From positions 510,001 through 542,000 of the forward strand of contig AP024486.1 in NCBI GenBank assembly GCA_021654395.1: 32,000 bases of DNA, given 5' to 3'. The notes under the pieces are model-generated. The model saw nothing but the letters and a program-made list of their open reading frames with translations, was not told the DNA's origin and ran no database searches. The DNA is from Candidatus Saccharimonadota bacterium. Its GTDB lineage: Archaea > Micrarchaeota > Micrarchaeia > Micrarchaeales > Micrarchaeaceae. Below are positions 27,433 through 32,000 of the stretch, in pieces. Position 1 is the stretch's first letter. Every line of letters begins with the position of its first letter. The translations under genes and the position numbers were made by a program.

Positions 27433-29348
27433 CTAAGATCTGATATCATCTGCAAATGACACTGGATTATTTAATATGGGAGTAATGCCGATAGGCCTTA
27501 ATATAGTTGAATTGTAAACTAATGTTATCTGCCTAAAAGTGTTATCTGAGATGCATACTAATTTAATATAGCTATTCCCTTTAAGATAGCTGTTCAATTC
27601 AGAGCCATTAGCTAATCTCTTTTCAATAAGTTCTAAATAGCTTTTAGATATTAATCCCAAGTAGAACTCTTGTGGATTATAAATACTTGTAGGACTTTCA
27701 CAAAGATCACATTCTATACCTCTAATATCTAATGCGATCTTGGCTAGTACTGCTTTATCAAAAGGTGTTGCTGATTGTCTTCTGTTTAATATATCGCTTA
27801 TTCTAAGAAAGCTCCTGGAGTTAATACTGATCTTGCTTAGTTTAATCTTCCGGTCTATATTATTTAATATTAGTTCAATAACTTTGTCTTTACTTTTCTT
27901 AGCCTCTCTATCAGCTAATGGTTCATAGCTTTTAATTAGCTCATATATAGCAGATGGCTCTATATCAATATAAGTAACAAACTTAGAGCCGTAAGATACA
28001 ATAACATCCCCTTCTTTAGCTCAACAGAGGTAGATCGCATAACATAGAACTCATACCCATCTTTTACAAATAGATTACTAAGCTTTAAGTCTTGATCACT
28101 ATAACCTATCAGCTTAACATTATTTCCAATAAAGCATTCATCTAACTTGATATATAAGATCTTAGAGTTACTTCCAATCTTAGATTTATATATACTTACA
28201 TCCAAGGCTGATGAGCCAGCAATAAAAGAGCCATCTCCTATCTCTGAGGAGCTTATTGAAACATTATCTATTATCGCTCCAGATCCTATAGTAGAGTTTG
28301 ATATATCAATATGAATAGATTCGGGATTGCTTGAGAAGATTAGTGCTAATCTGCCTATCTTAGAATCTATTAACTTAGCTCTTGCATCAACTATCGCTCC
28401 ATCTTTTAAATACATCAGAATAGGAAAGCTACGATTATGCTTATAATTGTATATAACTATTATACCAGTCTCATTATCTATATCATAATCCTTAAGCTTT
28501 AGCAGTATCTCTTCTGGTCTACTTGTCTTTATTAAAACTAATCTTTTAAAGCTCATAATCTCTCTACTTATCTTATATCCTATCATCACAGAATTGCTTT
28601 GCAGATTCATATTATTTATGCTCTCTGGTTTATCAGATCTTGAGATAAGATAAGAGCCATCTCCTATATAAGAGCTATCTATTGAAGTATCCTTTACTAC
28701 GCAGTTATCACCTAGATTAGAATTAGTTATACTAATTAAGAAGTCGCCTGTGGTATAGACAACGCTTCCCCTTCCAATCTTCGAATTCTCTATAAGTACA
28801 CTTATATCTATAAAAGCATCGTTAACTCTTTGAAAGTATATCCTCTCTCCAGACTCTGTTATCACTATAACTCTATCTTCTCTTACAGCTTTTAGAGCAT
28901 CTGGTATATCATAATAGCTATCTACTTGTAAAGACTCAACGAAAGAGTCTATGTAGCTCTTAAATCTTTCAAGCTGACTAGTATCTTTTAAGAAGTCAGA
29001 TAATCTTACTGCAAATCTACTATTCTTCGATAAGATATATAAGAAGTCTTTGCTTGTTAATATCTTAAAGCTCTGATCATTCATATTACCAATAAGCTTT
29101 CCTTTTAAATTAGGTGATAAGCTCTCTACTCTTTTTAGATTAGACTCATCAGATAAGAAAGTTAAGAGCATATCTATTATATCAGAATCATCTGATTTTA
29201 GTTTAGCAAGTAGGGCTGTACGCATTTCTACACTAAATCTATCTAAGATGCTACTATCAATTCCTAATCTTCTTAACTTATTAAGTAACCTTTTATTAAG
29301 ATCATCAGATAATGGAAAACACAAATCCTTACTATCTACATTAACCAT
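27433..29348 (-). pseudogene. Beta-helix repeat protein, paralog of 26211..27077 with an N-terminal helical extension; frameshifted (462 aa + about 195 aa)
   Basis: The listed 462-aa ORF carries ENSKIGRGS, NSNLGDNCVV, SSYIGDGSYL, NSTIGSGAII, SSEIGDGSFI and KSKIGSNSKI. A second frame is open from 28020 to 27436 (AKEGDVIVSYGSKF...NRRQSATPFDKAVLAKIAL...). That frame aligns with the C-terminal half of the 288-aa paralog. Adding one G to the G4 run at 28008-28011 (C4 on the + strand) joins the frames as ELKKGDVIVSYG. Confidence 0.6.
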
Positions 29349-29500
29349 AGCTTATCACAGATTAAAGATTAATCTAAGATTCGAACTTTAATAGATAATT
29401 CGTCTATGTATTAGGTTAAGTAGCTCTGATATATAAATTTTAAGTAAATTAGATATGCAGAAACAAACAATTTTATATTACTAATCTAAATTATTTATCA

Positions 29501-30739
29501 ATGGTGGATAAGCAGATAGTTATAGATGCTTTTGATATAAATGCTGTCTCTAGTATAGTAAAAAGGTTGGATATTAATATTATAAGTGTTTTAAGCCACT
29601 ACTTAAAAGGAGCATATATTACATATAACGAAAGCGATGATGAAGCTTCCATAAATATACATAAAGTCAGATCCCAATCCGAGAAGCAGTCTGAAAGGAA
29701 TACAACAATAGTCCTTTCAATATCTAAGAAAAAGCTTGCTACTAACTCTAAGTCCAGAGCAACGAATCTATATGACGAGCAGTATATTAAAAGCATAGTT
29801 AATAAAGAAGATGCTGATACTTATAGGAGGATCTTCGACATATACTTTCTTTATAACTACCTCTGGTACTTGTATAGATATAACCGTATTGCAGGACGTA
29901 ATAACAGTAAACTTAATAAAGCCATTGAAGATCTAATAAAGACTCTAACAGACAATAAGTATATTAGTAAGACAGATAACGTAATTGATAATGATAAAGT
30001 CTTTAGATCTTATATAAAAGATCTCAAGAAGAGTCTTAACAAGATAGATAAATTAGTAAGTAAAAATATAGTGGACGATATTGATAGCTATAAGAAAATA
30101 TTATACAGTATAAAAGGCATATTAGATAGCTATAATAGTAGTAAGAATGGCTTTAAAGGTAAGCTAGCCTCTATAGCATTTAGGCATAGAAGTGAGAGTA
30201 AAGATTTAGAGCTCTTAGACATTATAGAAATAAATCTAGGAAATATTAGTAATATAGAATCGATAATTTATAGTAAGGCAAATGACTATAGTATAAGGGA
30301 TGTAGCTGATAAAGAATATATAGAGGAAGATAATATATATGAAAAAGATGCAGCTTGGATAAGGGTAGCAAAAGCAATAGCTGCATTTAATAGGGCAGAG
30401 TTTATAATTAAAAGTATACGTAGTGATGAAGATAAGGCGGATGTTACAGCTAGCTATTTTATACTAATGCATCTAATTGATATTGAAGATAAGTTAAATT
30501 ATGGCGTTTCTTTTAGAGAGATCTCTCCTTTCTCTATAGAAGATCTTTTTATATTAACATTCGGCATACTGCATAACAGCGAGTTTTCTAATTTTAAGAA
30601 AGAGTATCTATACGGATCTATTAAATATCTGTTCGAGTATGGCAGTGAATTAATTAAGCTAGATATAGATGAGAGAAAATACTTTATGAAGAGACTACTT
30701 GCAAAGTATCTAACTGGTTCTGCCAGTCCTACGACTTAA
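29501..30739 (+). CDS. Hypothetical protein (412 aa), K/N/D/I-rich, no recognised domain
   Basis: Intact ATG ORF, divergent from the beta-helix gene. Its 3' end overlaps the convergent 62-aa ORF by 30 nt. Confidence 0.45.
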   Translation: MVDKQIVIDAFDINAVSSIVKRLDINIISVLSHYLKGAYITYNESDDEASINIHKVRSQSEKQSERNTTIVLSISKKKLATNSKSRATNLYDEQYIKSIVNKEDADTYRRIFDIYFLYNYLWYLYRYNRIAGRNNSKLNKAIEDLIKTLTDNKYISKTDNVIDNDKVFRSYIKDLKKSLNKIDKLVSKNIVDDIDSYKKILYSIKGILDSYNSSKNGFKGKLASIAFRHRSESKDLELLDIIEINLGNISNIESIIYSKANDYSIRDVADKEYIEEDNIYEKDAAWIRVAKAIAAFNRAEFIIKSIRSDEDKADVTASYFILMHLIDIEDKLNYGVSFREISPFSIEDLFILTFGILHNSEFSNFKKEYLYGSIKYLFEYGSELIKLDIDERKYFMKRLLAKYLTGSASPTT

Positions 30740-30898
30740 TGCTTCTATAGAGTTCTTTGCTATTGACAGATTACAAGAGTCGTGAGTTGAACACCATTCC
30801 TGACACTTCTCTGCTAGCTCCTTATCTTTATAATGTAGCTTGCATATCTCGCAGTAGTATGCATTTAGTGATCTATCAAACTTAACCATATCTACCAC
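30710..30898 (-). CDS. Small Cys-rich putative metal-binding protein (62 aa)
   Basis: YYCEICKLHYKDKELAEKCQEWCSTHDSCN has C-x2-C ... C-x3-C ... H-x2-C spacing. The decayed paralog at about 27205-27345 supports it being a real gene family. Confidence 0.5.
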   Translation of the reverse strand: MVDMVKFDRSLNAYYCEICKLHYKDKELAEKCQEWCSTHDSCNLSIAKNSIEALSRRTGRTS

Positions 30899-30933
30899 TA
30901 TCTAGGAATCTCTTTATTTAAAAAATTTAAAAA

Positions 30934-32000
30934 TCATACTACTGGTCTAATATTACTGAATTTATAAGAGGGCATTACGCCATTAGGTGGATAATCTGTT
31001 ACATATACATACTGTATAGTAAATGTTCCGTTGAAATTATTCGTATCTACTAAGACATAATATCCTGTGCCTGTTGGATTTATATCTTCGTAATATCCTG
31101 TGCCTGTTGAATTTATATTTTCGTAATATACTAGCCCGGTAAATTCATACTGACCTGGAACTCTGATACTAGTTGATAGCCATCCTATATACGGCTTATA
31201 GCAAGATGAATTTGGGTAGCTATTCTGATAGTATGTTACTAAAGTGTGGTCTACTGCACGAGAGTATAGATTATTTGAATAGATAAAGTTCCATCCCCTC
31301 GGTTGAGAGAACGTTGCACTATTGTCTATTGTAAAGGTAAATGGGAACCATGAGAACCATGTCGTCCAAAGATTTCCATTTAAGCTAGTTCCTATGAAGT
31401 TATCGTAGAAAGGAAATACATTCGCTCCATCATCGTATTCTGCATATAAGGAGCAGCTAGTAACTGGTGTATTTCCACATGGTAGTTGCGGCGCTTCACC
31501 AACATTGTTTGTATTAAAGAAGTTAGTCAATTGACTTCCGAAGCCTATAGCTATTACTTCTTGAGAGTTGGCTGGTATGCCATTTACTTTGATCCACCAG
31601 TATGCATTACTGCTAGAGTAATTTGCTAACCAAGATGGTATTACTGTTCCGTTATTCGGGTAGAAGAATACTACATTCTGGCCAAAGTTATTACCATACT
31701 TTGCTATAGAGCTCCATAATAAGAATTCGCTAGAGTTAATCTGTATAAGCTGCTGGTATGGATTAGGTGTAGGCTGGCTTTGATTGTTTTTAAGAGTTAT
31801 AAGAGCATACTCCAATACGCCGCTAGGTACTGTAACTTGGTTGTTTCCTATTTTGATTCCAATAAGGTTAACAAATGCAGTTGGTTGCAGCGGATAATGC
31901 AAGAATCTACTATTGTATATCTTATATGGATTCGATTGTGAGTTATAAGATAGATTATTCGCTTTTAGTCTATCTATTATTGATAGATTATCTAAAGGCA
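30934..32000 (-). CDS. Secreted/surface protein with a DUF2341-like (concanavalin-type lectin) domain; 5' end lies outside the window
   Basis: The frame stays open upstream of the listed TTG (31902) through to base 32000. YQQLIQINSS...VVFFYPNNGTVIPSWLANYSSSNAYWWIKVNGIPANS..IAIGFG resembles the DUF2341 core. It has many N-x-S/T sequons and contains a 33-bp tandem duplication. Confidence 0.5.
   Translation of the reverse strand, partial: PLDNLSIIDRLKANNLSYNSQSNPYKIYNSRFLHYPLQPTAFVNLIGIKIGNNQVTVPSGVLEYALITLKNNQSQPTPNPYQQLIQINSSEFLLWSSIAKYGNNFGQNVVFFYPNNGTVIPSWLANYSSSNAYWWIKVNGIPANSQEVIAIGFGSQLTNFFNTNNVGEAPQLPCGNTPVTSCSLYAEYDDGANVFPFYDNFIGTSLNGNLWTTWFSWFPFTFTIDNSATFSQPRGWNFIYSNNLYSRAVDHTLVTYYQNSYPNSSCYKPYIGWLSTSIRVPGQYEFTGLVYYENINSTGTGYYEDINPTGTGYYVLVDTNNFNGTFTIQYVYVTDYPPNGVMPSYKFSNIRPVV
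31058..31130. repeat. 33-bp tandem duplication (2 copies + 7-nt partial) inside the lectin-like gene
   Basis: taatatcctgtgcctgttggatttatatcttcg (31058-31090) and taatatcctgtgcctgttgaatttatattttcg (31091-31123) differ at 2 positions. Together they encode YYE[ND]IN[SP]TGTG twice. Confidence 0.9.

Noticed and set aside
27740-27928. 62-aa plus-strand ORF
   Set aside because: It lies antisense to the displaced C-terminal frame of the beta-helix gene, and that frame has paralog support.
27963-28007. The hydrophobic C-terminal tail MLLYLTALSLLLILI of the 462-aa ORF as a genuine membrane anchor
   Set aside because: It is produced only by the out-of-frame reading. The alternative frame matches the paralog, and Leu/Ile-rich strings are the default output of off-frame AT-rich sequence.

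Overview
AT-rich archaeal chromosomal segment (archaeal RNA polymerase subunits, r-protein L40e, RIO kinase, Taw3). All calls are by-eye motif reading; no searches were run. (1) 1-6.5 kb: RNA polymerase core operon with a split B subunit (B'' 3' end, B', A', A''), which stops right after A'' instead of continuing into the usual rpl30e-nusA-rps12-rps7 block. (2) 6.5-15.1 kb: accessory-looking stretch with a minus-strand L40e/wHTH/unknown trio, lineage-specific hypotheticals, and a decayed RiPP-like cassette. The cassette holds a Cys-containing mini-ORF, a PqqD/RRE-like fragment, a radical SAM/SPASM gene broken by three frameshifts, and an intact PpsA-like phosphotransferase lacking the PEP/pyruvate barrel. 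The stretch ends with a COG1373-type AAA+ ATPase and tRNA-Thr(CGU). (3) 15.2-26.1 kb: housekeeping genes (ABC-2 exporter pair, DUF45 metallopeptidase, HAD phosphatase, cytochrome bd oxidase cydAB, RIO kinase, ThiI, Taw3). (4) 26.2-32 kb: a second lineage-specific block. It has two convergent paralogous beta-helix-repeat proteins (one frameshifted in a homopolymer), an intact small Cys-rich protein plus a decayed duplicate of it, a 412-aa unknown, and a DUF2341/lectin-like secreted protein with a 33-bp tandem duplication that runs off the window. Most interesting: the rSAM/SPASM + phosphohistidine-kinase cassette, the beta-helix paralog locus, and single-nucleotide homopolymer frameshifts confined to accessory genes. 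No CRISPR array, integrase, transposase or rRNA was seen.
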